Positions 12,468-24,372 of a DNA stretch of 64,000 bases are shown here, one piece after another. Positions within the stretch are counted from its first letter, which is position 1. Each line of letters begins with the position of its first letter. Position numbers and translations under genes: made by a program. The stretch is from Malacoraja senta (lineage: Eukaryota), in NCBI GenBank assembly GCA_038087875.1, contig CM075993.1:11782001-11846000 (forward strand), given 5' to 3'. The notes under the pieces are model-generated. The model saw only the letters and a program-made list of their open reading frames with translations. It did not search any database and was not told the DNA's origin.

Positions 12468-13932
12468 CTGTCACAGAAAAACAAGTTAAATAGGCTGAAA
12501 GTAATTTATTCTACCATTACAGAAACATAACGAGAATTCTGGGGCTAATCATGTCAAATTGTTCTAATGAAGGAGAAACGTTTTCTCTTTCAAAGATGCT
12601 GTCTGACCTGCTGTTTCCAACATTTCCAACTTCTGATTTCTAACATCTGCAGATTATTTTTATTTGTACCGATTGTTGAGAGTTTATTACTCGTGGACTC
12701 TATATAAATATCTTTATTTTAATATCTCAAAGATCAAAAATGGCATGACAACCTCAAACTGAAGCATAACATTTCACCATTTTCAGGAAGTAATTAAAAT
12801 ATATTTACATTGCATTTTTAAAAATGAACCCTGGACAATTTAAGTCTGAAGAAGGGTTCCGACCCAAAACGACACCCATCCTTTCTCTCCTGAGATGCTG
12901 CCTGACCCGCTGAGTTACTCCAGCACTTTTTGTCTATCTTTGGTTAAAAACCAGCACCTGCAGTTCCTTCCTACACACTTGGACAAAATAAAGAAGTTTA
13001 TATTTATTTGAAGGAAAAGTACTGCCCATACTGTCACGTTGAATAGAGAATCTATTTTAATGATAATGACTGTAGGATAAATATTGGACAATATATATTA
13101 CATTGTGACTTAAAGCCACAACTTTTGTTTCAGGGAGGAAATTGTGCATCTTTGTGTTGGAATTACTGGGCAGTGAGAAAACAGTAGTAGATTGTAAAAA
13201 TACTAATGTATTGTTAAAAACAAAACCCACACAAAGTAACTCAGCAGGTCAGGCAGCATCTCTGGAAAATATGGATAGACGATGTTTCACATTGGGACCC
13301 TTCAGCAGACTCTCAGAAGGGTCCTGACCCGAAACGTCACCCGTTCCTTTTCTCCAGAGATGCTGCCTGTCCGTTGAGTTACTCCAGCACTGTGTGGCTT
13401 TTTAAAAATAAACCAGCATTTGCAGTTCCTTGTTTCTACTAGTTGTCCAAAATGCCAGAGGACATTACTCAGAGGAGAGTCAGCATGTGGAATACGGAGG
13501 TCCATTTTTCATACCAGAATCTTGCGTAAAATAATCTTGCGAATCAAATAATCAGTAACAAACTTGATTATCTGAACAAAATTCTCACAAAAAGAAATCT
13601 ACATGACTTTAGACAAGGACCAATCTGCTAAAATGTTCCATCTCCACCTTAGTTGTCAAGTGTCTTAACTCCTCAAACTGTAATTGACCAACTAGTGAGC
13701 TCTCCTAATCCCAAAGGCAAACCAACCTTCACAAAGCAATAGAGTCCAACACAGAGACAGGCCCTTCAGCCCAACTTGCCCATGCCGACCAAGATGCCCC
13801 ATCTAAACTAGTCCCATTTGCCAATGTTTGCCCCATGTCCCTCTAAATCTTTGCTATCCATGCACCTGTCCAAAACTCTGTGACACTGCCAGAAGGACAA
13901 TGAATCACTGAACATACAAGCTCCATGGTTAC

Positions 13933-14067
13933 CTGTAACCAGTATAATTGGGCACGCACGCTCCTGTGGTGAGCAGACTGTTTGTATTCAATGTGAATCC
14001 CAGATAAAAAGTTACGTCGGATGCTCATTGGATGCGGCAGCCGCGTCTCCATCCTGTGAAAATCAGC
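13933..14067 (-). CDS. VPS13C: VPS13C coding exon, 45 codons
   Basis: ADFHRMETRLPHPMSIRRNFLSGIHIEYKQSAHHRSVRAQLYWLQ; ctttag / gtaacc. Confidence 0.94.
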
Positions 14068-14751
14068 CTAAAGTGAAAAAAAAACCACGGGATAATTTGT
14101 CATCATAGCAGAAATAGCAGCGCATTAATAAACCAACTGTGGTACATCATCCTGTACTCACACACTGTGAGAGATACAGGGCTGTTAGTCAAATGTAAAT
14201 GGGTAAACATGTAATTCTGCTACAACAGGTATTGGATATAACAAGAGTGATGAATTCGGGAATACTATTTGCATTACATGGGCTGTTTTGGTTAGAACAC
14301 GTTTTCGATCCGGAACTAGTGAACCACGTAATATTTACTTTGGAGATTGCCATGCAGAAAAAATGGTGTCTTGGATTTAAATAGTACAGGTCCACTACCG
14401 ATTTAGTGGCACCTACTTTAACCCAGACAAAATTACAAGAGTGCACTTGAAATCCCCCCCGGAAGTCCCAACAAAAATGTTGCACTTAGGCCGGGTGAGG
14501 CACCCGATCTCGACCTCATCGGGACTTCCGCGACCGATCGGCGGTTCGAATTTGCCCCCTGCGACTGGGGCTCCGAAACTCCGGAATTCCAGCCCGGCTG
14601 GAGCCGGCAGATCCATTCCCATTGCCATGTTCCACGGTCGACTTTGTGGGCCGGTATATTGGCTCCCCAAGGCAATGACCACTGTTGGTACACAAAAATG
14701 CTGGAGAAACTCAGCGGGTGCAGCAGCATCTATGGAGCGAAGGAAATAGGC

Positions 14752-14779
14752 AACGTTTCGGGCCGAAACCCTTCTTCAG
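14752..14779 (-). ncRNA. Minimal type-I hammerhead ribozyme core of the Penelope terminal repeat (representative copy)
   Basis: CUGAAGA-A-GGGU[UUCG]GCCC-GAAA-CG-UU; an identical core lies at about 43036-43063. Stem I pairing is weak and activity is not shown. Confidence 0.55.
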
Positions 14780-16016
14780 ACTGATAGGGGGTGGGGAGAA
14801 GACTACTGAATGACCACTGTTGGTCTGGCAAAAAGGATAATCCAGCAATGATACACACAAAAAGCTAGAGTTACTCAGCGGGACAGGCAGCATCTCTGAT
14901 GAGAAGGAAAGGGTGATGTTTCAGGTCGAGACCTTTCTTCAGACTAGTTAGGGAAAAGGGAACCGAGAGATATGGACGATGATGTAAAGAGATAAAGAGC
15001 AAGGCTCTGGGACCAAGGGTGCCGGAAAATTGGTGGTGGACTTGTAAAGGGGAACAAATCTATTTCCATATAACTCCCTACAGTGATCAGACACCATTGA
15101 CTCTCCTGACACAGGTGCATTAACCGTGGGTGGCCATTGAAATTGACAAGCGATCGCTTCCATTGACACTGGTGCAAGGATACTCTATTAAACAACGTAA
15201 CATACAGTATTAGGTAAAGTATAATAGAAATACTATTGTTCATGACTACCTAGAAGAGAAGGTTGCAGCTGCATGACCAATTTATATTGTGTAGTTTTCT
15301 TTAAAATCTGCACAAACCTTTATCTCCGAATTTCTACATGTTGGAAGCAGAAATTGAGGAAGAGAAAGAAATTTAGTTTCATTATCCAACTGAGCATATT
15401 TACAAACAGCCCATCAGTTTGTGGTGGTTCATTTAGCTTGTTTGCCAATTTATATAATCACTGTAAATTGTACTGATCCACAGTGAAAGTGCACAACATA
15501 AATAATCAGAAAATGTCATGTTTTTGTTGTTGAAAAAGTAACTTTAAAATAAATAATCTTTCAAAGGCTGTTGACCTGACAAATGAGGGTGGCTGAATCA
15601 ATGGAGGGGAAGAGGGGAAGCCTGGTTCCTTTATCACCTTAACTATTTTGCATATTTTTCATTCATTTGTTCTATATCTCACTACATCACCGTCTATATC
15701 TCTTGTTTCCCTTTCCCCTAACTCTCAGTCTGAAGAAGGGTCTCAACCCGAAACATCGCCTATTTCTTTTCTCCAGACATGTTGTCTGACCTGCTGAGTT
15801 ACTCTAGCTTTTTGTGTCTATCTTTGAGGGGAAGAGAACAATGTTTGACAAGGCTTATTAAATGAAGGCCCATAAAGGAAGAAGGAAATTCATGAGGCAA
15901 CCTGTTAATGTTTGAACATTGGAACAATTCCAGGAACAGAGTCAAGAATTTCTACTATTGTGAGCTGGCACATTCATTGGAGCCCAGCTTCAACAAGACA
16001 AGAACTCTTATGTTAC

Positions 16017-16161
16017 CTCCAAGTTACTGTCCAACTTTATCCAGTGTTCGACGGTCTTTGTAGTCAGGTGTTTCTGGTAGGCCTGCTCCAAAAGGTTGAT
16101 GTGCTTTTGACTAAAGGGCTTCCAGCGTTGCTTGCGTTTCATTTCCCAGACAACACCAGAG
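16017..16161 (-). CDS. VPS13C: VPS13C coding exon (145 nt; WWE-like insert)
   Basis: (S)SGVVWEMKRKQRWKPFSQKHINLLEQAYQKHLTTKTVEHWIKLDSNLE; attcag / gtaaca. Confidence 0.95.
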
Positions 16162-16215
16162 CTGAATTTAGAATGAAAGACTGATTAAAAAATAAAATAT
16201 TGATAAAAAGTTAAG

Positions 16216-16502
16216 GGCGGCGCGGTGGCGCAGCGGAAGAGTTACTGCCTTACAGAGCTTGCAGTGCCAGAGACCCGGGTTCCATCCCGACTACGAGTGC
16301 TGTCTGTACATTCTCCACGTGACCGTGTGGGTTTTCTCCGAGATCTTCGGTTTCCTCCCACTCTCCAAAGATGTACAGGTTTGCAGAATAATTGACTTGG
16401 TATAAATGTAAATTGTCCCTAGTGTGTGTAGGATAATATTAATGTGCAAGAAATCGCTGGTCAGTGTCCGTACTGTATCTCTAAACTAAACTAAAACTAA
16501 AC
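16216..16502 (+). mobile_element. V-SINE (HE1-like)
   Basis: A/B boxes, V domain, (TAAAC)n tail. Confidence 0.88.
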
Positions 16503-16764
16503 TTAACTATTTGTCTAAGACAAGTGTTGAGAGATGGACTAAAAAACTCAGAAATAGTCTCTTTATTACCCCAATCCTACCTATATACTTTTCAATGTTT
16601 TAATTTTCTCTCTATCCAAACACAAGCTTTTCTTCGAACCATTTATAGAGGCCACTTCATTAAACTACCTCAACACGCTCATCTTCTGCAAACATACTCA
16701 GCTTCACTTTTCATTTTTTAATTTCCTAACATTTTTTACATTTGTATTCTGAATTAATTGAATG

Positions 16765-17047
16765 TTTAGTTTAGTTTAGTTACAGCACAGAAACAGGCGC
16801 TTCAGCCCACTGAGTCTGCGCAAAACAGCGATCCCCGTACAGTAACACTATCCTATGCACACAGTAGGGACAATTAACAACTTTACTGAAGCCAATTAAC
16901 TTACAAACCTGTACGTCTTTGGAGTGTGGGAGGAAAACGGTCACAGGGAGAACATACAAACTCTGTAAAGACAGCACCCATAGTCAGGATCGAACCTGGG
17001 TCTCTGGCGCTGTAAAGCAGCAACTCTACCACTGTGCCACTGTGCCA
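16765..17047 (-). mobile_element. V-SINE (HE1-like), tail-to-tail with 16216-16502
   Basis: Reverse-complement consensus. Confidence 0.88.
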
Positions 17048-19989
17048 TACTGCTATGAAGAATTTTAGAAATACATAGTTCTCTCAACTTTCTCAGAAGT
17101 TGTAACAAGTTTCCAAGGTTAGTTGAGAACTGCACTCAGGACAGCATTGCTGCTCACGGTTTTGGAGAACCAGGCTGGATTGGGTGCTGTCGGAGTCTGC
17201 ATATTAAATGATGGTATGCTCCAGTTGCCTCCCATTTCCACAAGGTAAACTGACAACTATAAACTATTTTAGTGTAACATTGTGGCAAAAAAGAATCAAA
17301 GGGGAAGTAGATATGAATGAGTCAGTAAGTTGCTGAAGTACTGGGGATAAGCAGATGGAGAGTACAACTAACCTACTGTGATACAGCATGGGTCTGATGG
17401 TCTTCGGTGTTGTGACGAATATTACATGCAGTAGGGATTTGATCAAGCCTGACATTGAAACATGTCCAGCATTGGAATACACATTTATACCTAACCAACT
17501 TCTTGCTTTTAAAACAAACTGTCCCAGCTTGTGATTCCTCACTTGAATTGAGTTTAGTTTATTGTCACGTGTACCGAGGTACAGTGAAAATCGTTTGTTG
17601 CGTGCACTTGCTCTGAAGATAAAGCATTTATCAACCTCACCGTTCCTTCTAATCATTCACTTTCTTCCTTCAATTATTCACCTGCTAATTTTTTCAATAA
17701 AATTACTGGTTCTTTTTTACAACGAAAGGAATTATTTTAAACACTTTCTGATTTTCAACCGCATGTTTCCACAAAAGCTACCTTTAGTTAAAATTTGCGT
17801 GCCCATTTCCTTTAAAACCTGATTTGTCTGTTCAATCTTTTCATGATCATCCACTTGTATTAGTTTAATTTGAGGTGTTGTTTTATGCTGCTTGTTTTAT
17901 GCTTTGCTCTTTTATAAAGAACCTGGTCAATTGGGAAATAATTACCTACTGCTTCATTACCTGGTAGAAGCAGACCATGTTTTTTAGAGACGGATCATCG
18001 TTAGGTTTGGTGTGTTGTGTACTGTTATCAGTGATTGTACTTGTTTTTTTCTCTGATCTTTTGAACCCACTTTTGCTTATCAATTTATTCAATCTTCCCA
18101 CACACCAAATATTTTGTATGCTTTGAAAATTGTCAGTATATATTTTTAGTACGTCAGCTCCAACTACATACTCTCGATTCTATAGCATTTTGTTTCTGAT
18201 TTAACTTGCAAATATTTCAACTCGTGTTTAACTCTGAGCTTAACAAGGGTGCTCACAGTGGCACAGCCAGTAGATCTGCTGCCTTGCAGCTCCAACCACC
18301 CAGGTTCAATTTGCACATTTTCCCTGTAACCACATGGGTTTCTTCGGGGTATCTGGCTTCTTGCCACGGCCCAAAGGCTCGAATGCTGGGAAGTTAATAG
18401 GTCCCTAGTGGCACGCAAATTATAGAATCGGCAGGAGTTGGTGAGAATGTGGGGAGAATTAAAAAGGGATTAGTGTAAGATTAGTTTAAATGAATAGTTG
18501 ATTAATGGTGCAGACAGTAAACTGAAGTACCCATTTTCATGCTGTATCTCTCTATTACTAATGTTCAGAAAAACAGCCCGCATAACATAATGTCTAAGGA
18601 ATGCTCTTTCTGCACACAAGATTAAGTTATAATCTTGCTTGTTATATCACACAGCTTCTGAAAGGCTTTACTAAACAGCTTGTATTCTGATCCCCTCAAA
18701 AATATTGCATGCTATTAAAAACCAAACGCTTGATGAGGTTTACCAGAATGCTGCCCGTGTTAGAGATATTAAAATTAAAGAGAGTTTAGCCAAACTTGGA
18801 TTGTTTTCTCTGGATCATTGGAGTTAAGGGGAAACTCAAGTGAAGAATATAAAATTATGAGAGGCATAGATAGGGAAGACAGTCAGAACCTATTTCCCAG
18901 GGTGGAAATGTCAAAGAGCAGAGGGCATAAGCTTTAAGGTGAGGGGAACATAGTTTAAGGGAGATATGCAGGGCAATTGTCTTTTATATACAGATAGTGG
19001 TGGATGCCTGGAACGCGCTGCCAGGGCTGTTGGTAGAAGATACAACAGCAACGTTGAAGAGGGTTTTAGATAGGCACATGAATATGCAGGGAATGGAGGG
19101 ATTTGGATTTTGTACAGATAGATGAGATGGTCTTGGCATCATGTTCAGCACAGACATTGTGGGCTGAATGGCCTGTTCTTGTGCTGTACTGTCCTACGTC
19201 CTATGTATGCAATTGTACAGCTCAGTTTTACCACCTGGTGGAGCAGTTTGACACAGTTCCTTCTGTGGAGAAAACATTCTTCATCACAGACAGCACACAA
19301 TTTGAACTTCATATGGATCACGTGCAGGCAGAGCAGTTAGTTTATCCTGGTACCATGTTCAGCCAGACATTACGGGCCAAGTGGACCTGTCCCTGTGTTG
19401 CTCTTTGTTATAATTTAACAATAAAAAATATAAGCACAGGCAGCATCTCTGGAGAGAAGGAATGGGTGACATTTCGGGTCGAGTCTGTCTGAAGACATCT
19501 CAGTCTGAAGAAGGGACGCAACCCGAAACGTCACCTATTCCTTCTATCCAGAGATACCGCTTGTCCCGCTGAGTTACTCCAGCATTTTGTGTCTATCTTT
19601 GATGTAAACTAGCATCCAGGATTCAGTAGGACGGTAAAGCATACAAAACAAAGGCTCACATCCAATCCAGACTGCACTGTATCTACTCAGAACATTATAT
19701 ACTTCCAGTCATAAAATCAAAACCAAGAATCACAATTCTCAACACTTGACACGCATTTCGCCATTCAAAAATTCATGTTATTCCGCTTTTTGCTAGTTAT
19801 TATAGTTATCTGTCACTGAAATTGCTTCATTAAGTTCAGTTCAGTTACTAAACTTGAGTTACGAAGTGAAATTTTGTAAATTGAACAGATTAGGAAAATG
19901 CACACTAAGTTTTTTTGATGCAATGTATTCATGGGGGGATGGAATCAATGATGATGTATAATTTTGATGCAATGTATCAATCGGGTAGA

Positions 19990-20350
19990 TGGGGCTTGTC
20001 AGCCTGGGAAGGCAGTCCATCTAGGAGAGGGAAAACTCTGATTTAAAACCTCCACTGCCTTGTGGCCATATCCAGTCATGGAAAAGGCTCCAGGAGTAAA
20101 CCTCAAGGAAATCCGGAGTCAGAGCCCCTAAGGCAGTTTGTCGTTGTCTACAACCTTGCTCTGGCAGCTCCTGCGATGGCACTGGTGCCAAACTGTAACG
20201 GCCCTGCTGTTCCTTTGGATCGATCAGCGACGTGGAGAGGGGGGACGTGCTGCATGGGCAACAGCCTGTGCTCCATATGACATCGCCCAGGCTTGCATCC
20301 GACCAGGATGCATCACCCATGGTCAGTCATGACCGAGGGGGGCCTACTAT
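19990..20350 (+). mobile_element. Probable RTE-derived short non-autonomous element
   Basis: GGCAGTCCATCTAGGAGAGGGAAAACTCTGATTTAAAACC resembles a motif I recall from RTE-clade 5' regions; GC-rich island in AT-rich intron. Recognised from memory only. Confidence 0.4.
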
Positions 20351-21617
20351 TAATGTGGACAGAGAAGTGTGCTATTCATAACTGTGAAGAATAGGTTTAG
20401 AAAGACAAGTATCCCAGAGAATTATGGGCAATGTAGCATAAATCTGTAAATTCAATGCTCCCAATAGCGAAAATTATGACATTAAAATGGCTTCAATTAA
20501 TATTTTAGACGTAGTATTGTAAATTGTCAATGCCTCAAATCAACAATACTACAGTAATGCTACAATACTATTTACAACTATGATAGGTGCAACTTCTCAA
20601 TATCACATTGAGGTGATTAAAGGAGAAATGCCAGACCAAACTGTGGAATGTTTACCAGCACAAGGTAATTAGAATTGATCCACATCTCCTTATTCTATTT
20701 CTGATGGGGTGGTTTTCAACAAAGCATCTTATATGTATCTCAAATAATGCAATAAGTTTGCGATTCACTGTAAATCACAACTATGACTAATTGTAATCGT
20801 TCACTTAAGAAACACCCACGTGTTTAAGTAAAAAAATAATTAAACATGTATTAGCGATGTTACAAAACCTACCTTCAGCGGCGCTGCCGTTCTGCCACTG
20901 GCCGTGCGCGCGACTTTGGCGCCTTTGGGGGGGGGGCGGGATTAAAATGCAGGTTTGTATCGCTTGTCGGAGAGGGATTTCCTCGGGCTGCTAGTCGATG
21001 AAGAAAAATCGATCGGACTTCCGTTCCCGGTTTTAAAAAAAACGCTGGACAATTTAATAGTTGGATTAAAGTAAAAAGCAACTTCGAACACCCTCAACGT
21101 CTATAACGTGACGGATCGTAATATCAGGACAAAACAAAAGGTAAGTTGTGTATTTCACATATAATCTTGCTTCTTGGGGTGGCTTTAATCTAATTTTACA
21201 ACGCGAAAATGCTATTTGGGCCCCATACGAACCGGCAGTGTCTTTGCCTACTGATATGGGGTTTAAATTCACAGCAACGGCAACGTTCCGATCGATCGCA
21301 TTCCAGAAACACCCACTCGCAAGATAATTTAAATCCTCTTTTTTTTTGGACGATCATGTCATAAGAGGATCTAAATCGGCAATATTTTGTGTTATTGTCT
21401 ATCCATAATCAATATTTTATACTAAATATCCACAACAGTTTGTGCAAAAAATAATAATTTTGATTATATAGAGAGTGGATGTTTCCAGATTAATTTATGG
21501 GAATTAAACATTAAATTCCTTCCATCTGGCATACAAGTTCATGATAGTGAGATTTAAAAATCATGTTATATTGTGAATTCTTGTGTGAATGGGATTAGTT
21601 TGTTATTTGGGTACTTA

Positions 21618-22135
21618 AAGGCCTGTCTCACGAGTCTGCGGTCATTGGCGGTGATACAGGAAGTATCTACCGCTTGTGGGCCGCCAGAGACCGCAGGTTC
21701 GGTCAAACGCACACTGCCGAGGCCGTGCGGCGTTGGTCCCAACACCGCACGGTGCTCACAAAAAATCAACACTGTCTAAAAATAATTTCTTACCGCACAG
21801 CCGCCGCCAGTGAGGCACGAGTGCGGCACGGTCACCGCCAGTGCGGCACGAGCGCCGTGAGTCGAACTCTCACCGCCACAGCCGCCGCCAGTGAGGCACG
21901 TGTGCAGCACGGCCGCCGCCACAGCCCCGCGATCAGAAAGACGTCATCGCGTAGCGCGTCGCGTTGCGCGATGACGTCATCACCCGACGCCGCAAGCTCG
22001 TGGAACCGGCCGTACGAAGATCACTCGGCCCCCGCGCAGCATCCGTGCGCTGCTCTCGTGGTTGCCGTGCGGTCCCCTCTTCCGGCGACGCCGCGCTTCA
22101 CCGCCTATGACCGCAAACCTGTGGGACAGAGCCTT
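21618..22135. mobile_element. PIF/Harbinger-type MITE nested in the TIR element
   Basis: TIR of about 35 bp (AAGGCCTGTCTCAC.../...GTGGGACAGAGCCTT) inserted at TTA; absent from the second copy of the host element; CpG-rich interior. Confidence 0.8.
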
Positions 22136-22382
22136 TTGCCTATATAAAAAAATTATCCTTTTCTTAAGAAATGGATAGATGTTTAGATCTAGTAATTGAA
22201 TTTAGATGAATTTAATTGATTAGATGAATTGATGAAACTGATGAATATGACATTTTTGTTGGGTATTTACTATTTGTTTTAGCGTTTAACTTTATCATTT
22301 CTACCTTTTTTCTAAAACTGCAAATAATAACTTGTTTCTGTTAATGCTGTTCAGTGTTTATTTTCCTTTACATTTTAAACAG

Positions 22383-22715
22383 ATGTCTCCGAAGAAGAAA
22401 TGCAAAATTGTCAATCCAAATGCCCAGCAAAAGAGGCTGATTTAGACAGCATTCGCAGAGATTATCCGAATTTGGACTATGCCAAATGTGATGATCTACA
22501 GGACATTCTTAATGGGAAAGTAGTGGGCAGAAAGGCATGTCATGCGTGGTTTGAAGAGCAAAAGCTTGTGGTTTACAATGCCAAAATTGAAAAGTTGAGG
22601 AAAAACAGTTGCTTATTGATTACAATCTGAGGAGTATGATGATGCTACTGATTATGATATGCCAATGTACCAGCTAGCAACAGATCTTCTCCATAAAGAC
22701 CTGGTCTATTGCTAG
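22383..22715 (+). pseudogene. Residual terminal exon inside the TIR element, with a Tudor/Spin-Ssty-like peptide
   Basis: Polypyrimidine tract plus AACAG acceptor at 22382. Reads DVSEEEMQN...VVGRKACHAWFEEQKLVVYNAKIEKLRK / TVAY*LQSEEYDDATDYDMPMYQLATDLLHKDLVYC*, with one frameshift and one stop; ATTAAA downstream. Confidence 0.55.
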
Positions 22716-23301
22716 AAATTGTAATTTATTTACCTATCTGTTACGGACTTACAGCATATAATACAATAATATTAAAGTTCTGATCTTGAGAATATCACAT
22801 TTTTGAATTTTCAAGGCAGTCTGGGTGTTTATTACTATTTCCGTCACAACGGTCAATTTTGTAATTAGCTACAATTAGGTAACTAACTAATATGCTTTAA
22901 TTTCAGGTCATCCAAGTAAGATGTTTTATATTTGTTTCAGAATGCTTCAATCTATAATAACTGAACATTTCATTCAGTTTTCTTAATTTTTAAGAAAGTT
23001 ATGGGCTTTTAACTGTCCTAGATCACAGCTTTTGTGTTACGTCAATGGAAAAGCAATAGGGAACAAGATGCTAATTTCCGAGTATGAAAATGGCCATAAC
23101 TTTTTTAATACTGAAGATATGAAAGTGAATTAGATGTCAAATTAAACTTCTTTTTATGCTTTATCTGATGGGATAAATTGCAGACTTGATTTTTAAAATC
23201 TCAAAATGTTGTAACATTGCTACATGTATCAAACAAATTAAAAACCTTTTCTCCTCTCCAATGCAAGCTCATCTTGAATCAAAGAAAAATGTTTGCATAG
23301 T

Positions 23302-23584
23302 TGCACAGTGGCGCAGCGGTAGAGTTGCTGCCTTACAGCGCCAGGGACCCGGTTCGATACTGTCTGGATGGAGTTTGCACGTTTTACCTGAGACCTACGT
23401 GGGTTTACACCGGGATCTCCGGTTTCCTCCCACACTCCAAAGACGTACAATTTTGCAAGCTAATTGGCTTGGCATAATTGTAAATTGTCTCTAGTGTGTG
23501 TTAGTGTGCGGGCATCGTTGTTCGGCGTGGACTCGGTGGGTCGAAGGGCCTGTTTCCGCACTGTATCTCTAAACTAAACTAAAC
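23302..23584 (+). mobile_element. V-SINE (HE1-like)
   Basis: A/B boxes, V domain, tail. Confidence 0.87.
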
Positions 23585-24055
23585 ATTATTACAACAGCAA
23601 TAAGCAAATCTGTGAGGATTGTTCTATCTGATGCATGGGAACCGAGTTCCCTCATCCTCAAATCAGTGCCACGTTACAGATTCTATGCCAGAGCTCAGGG
23701 CTGTGATTTTTCATTAAAACTGAGGGTGTGAAAACGGTAGCTCAGCATTAAAGCCTTGGGCAGAGACCAGAGCAGAAACATGGTATTGGTTTACTGCTGT
23801 CATGAGTACCTCAGTATAGTGAAGAACTTTGTTCTGCATGCTCTCCAGACAAGTCATACCTCACACAAGCACAATCCAGCCATACAGAATATAGTGTCAC
23901 AGCAATAGGTCTACATCCCTTGGGACCATTGACAAACCTCCCCATGTCAAACTTGCTCTGAATGAACTGCACTCCGATATCAACAACCTCAAGCTTAAAC
24001 ACCCTGGAGCCCTGGCCATTGTAGCCAGGGACTTCAATCATGCCAACCTCAAGGG

Positions 24056-24372
24056 TTTAGTTTAGTTTGGAGATACAGCACGGAAACAGGTCCTTCGGCC
24101 CACCGCGTCCACGCCGATCAGGGATCCCTGCACATTAACACTATCCTACACACACCAAGGACAATTTTTACATTTACCAAGCCAATTTATCTACAAACCT
24201 GTACGTCTTTGGAGTGTGGGAGGAAACCTAAGATCTCGGAGAAAACCCACGCGGTCACAGGGAGAATGTACGAACTCCGTACAGACTGCACCCGAAGTCG
24301 GGATCGAACCCGGGTCTCCAGCACTGCATGCGCTGTAAGGCAGCGACTCTACCGCTGCGCCACTGTGCCGCC
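24056..24372 (-). mobile_element. V-SINE inserted in a Rex1/Babar endonuclease remnant (about 23900-24410); a further SINE at 24504-24778
   Basis: SINE consensus; the flanks read ALNELHSDINNL..KHPGALAIVA.DFNHANLKG / VLSKYYQHV. Confidence 0.82.

Larger units (their letters stand above)
20852..23222 (+). mobile_element. TAG-ended TIR DNA transposon derivative (hAT- or Academ-like; superfamily uncertain)
   Basis: TAGCGATGTTACAA ... TTGTAACATTGCTA termini, with CATGTAT duplicated on both flanks. A second copy lies at 54214-55252. Contains a nested MITE and a residual exon. Confidence 0.85.

Noticed and set aside
21674..22147. 157-aa ORF with TAAASEARV repeats
   Set aside because: Lies wholly within a CpG-rich MITE with internal repeats; no coding signature.
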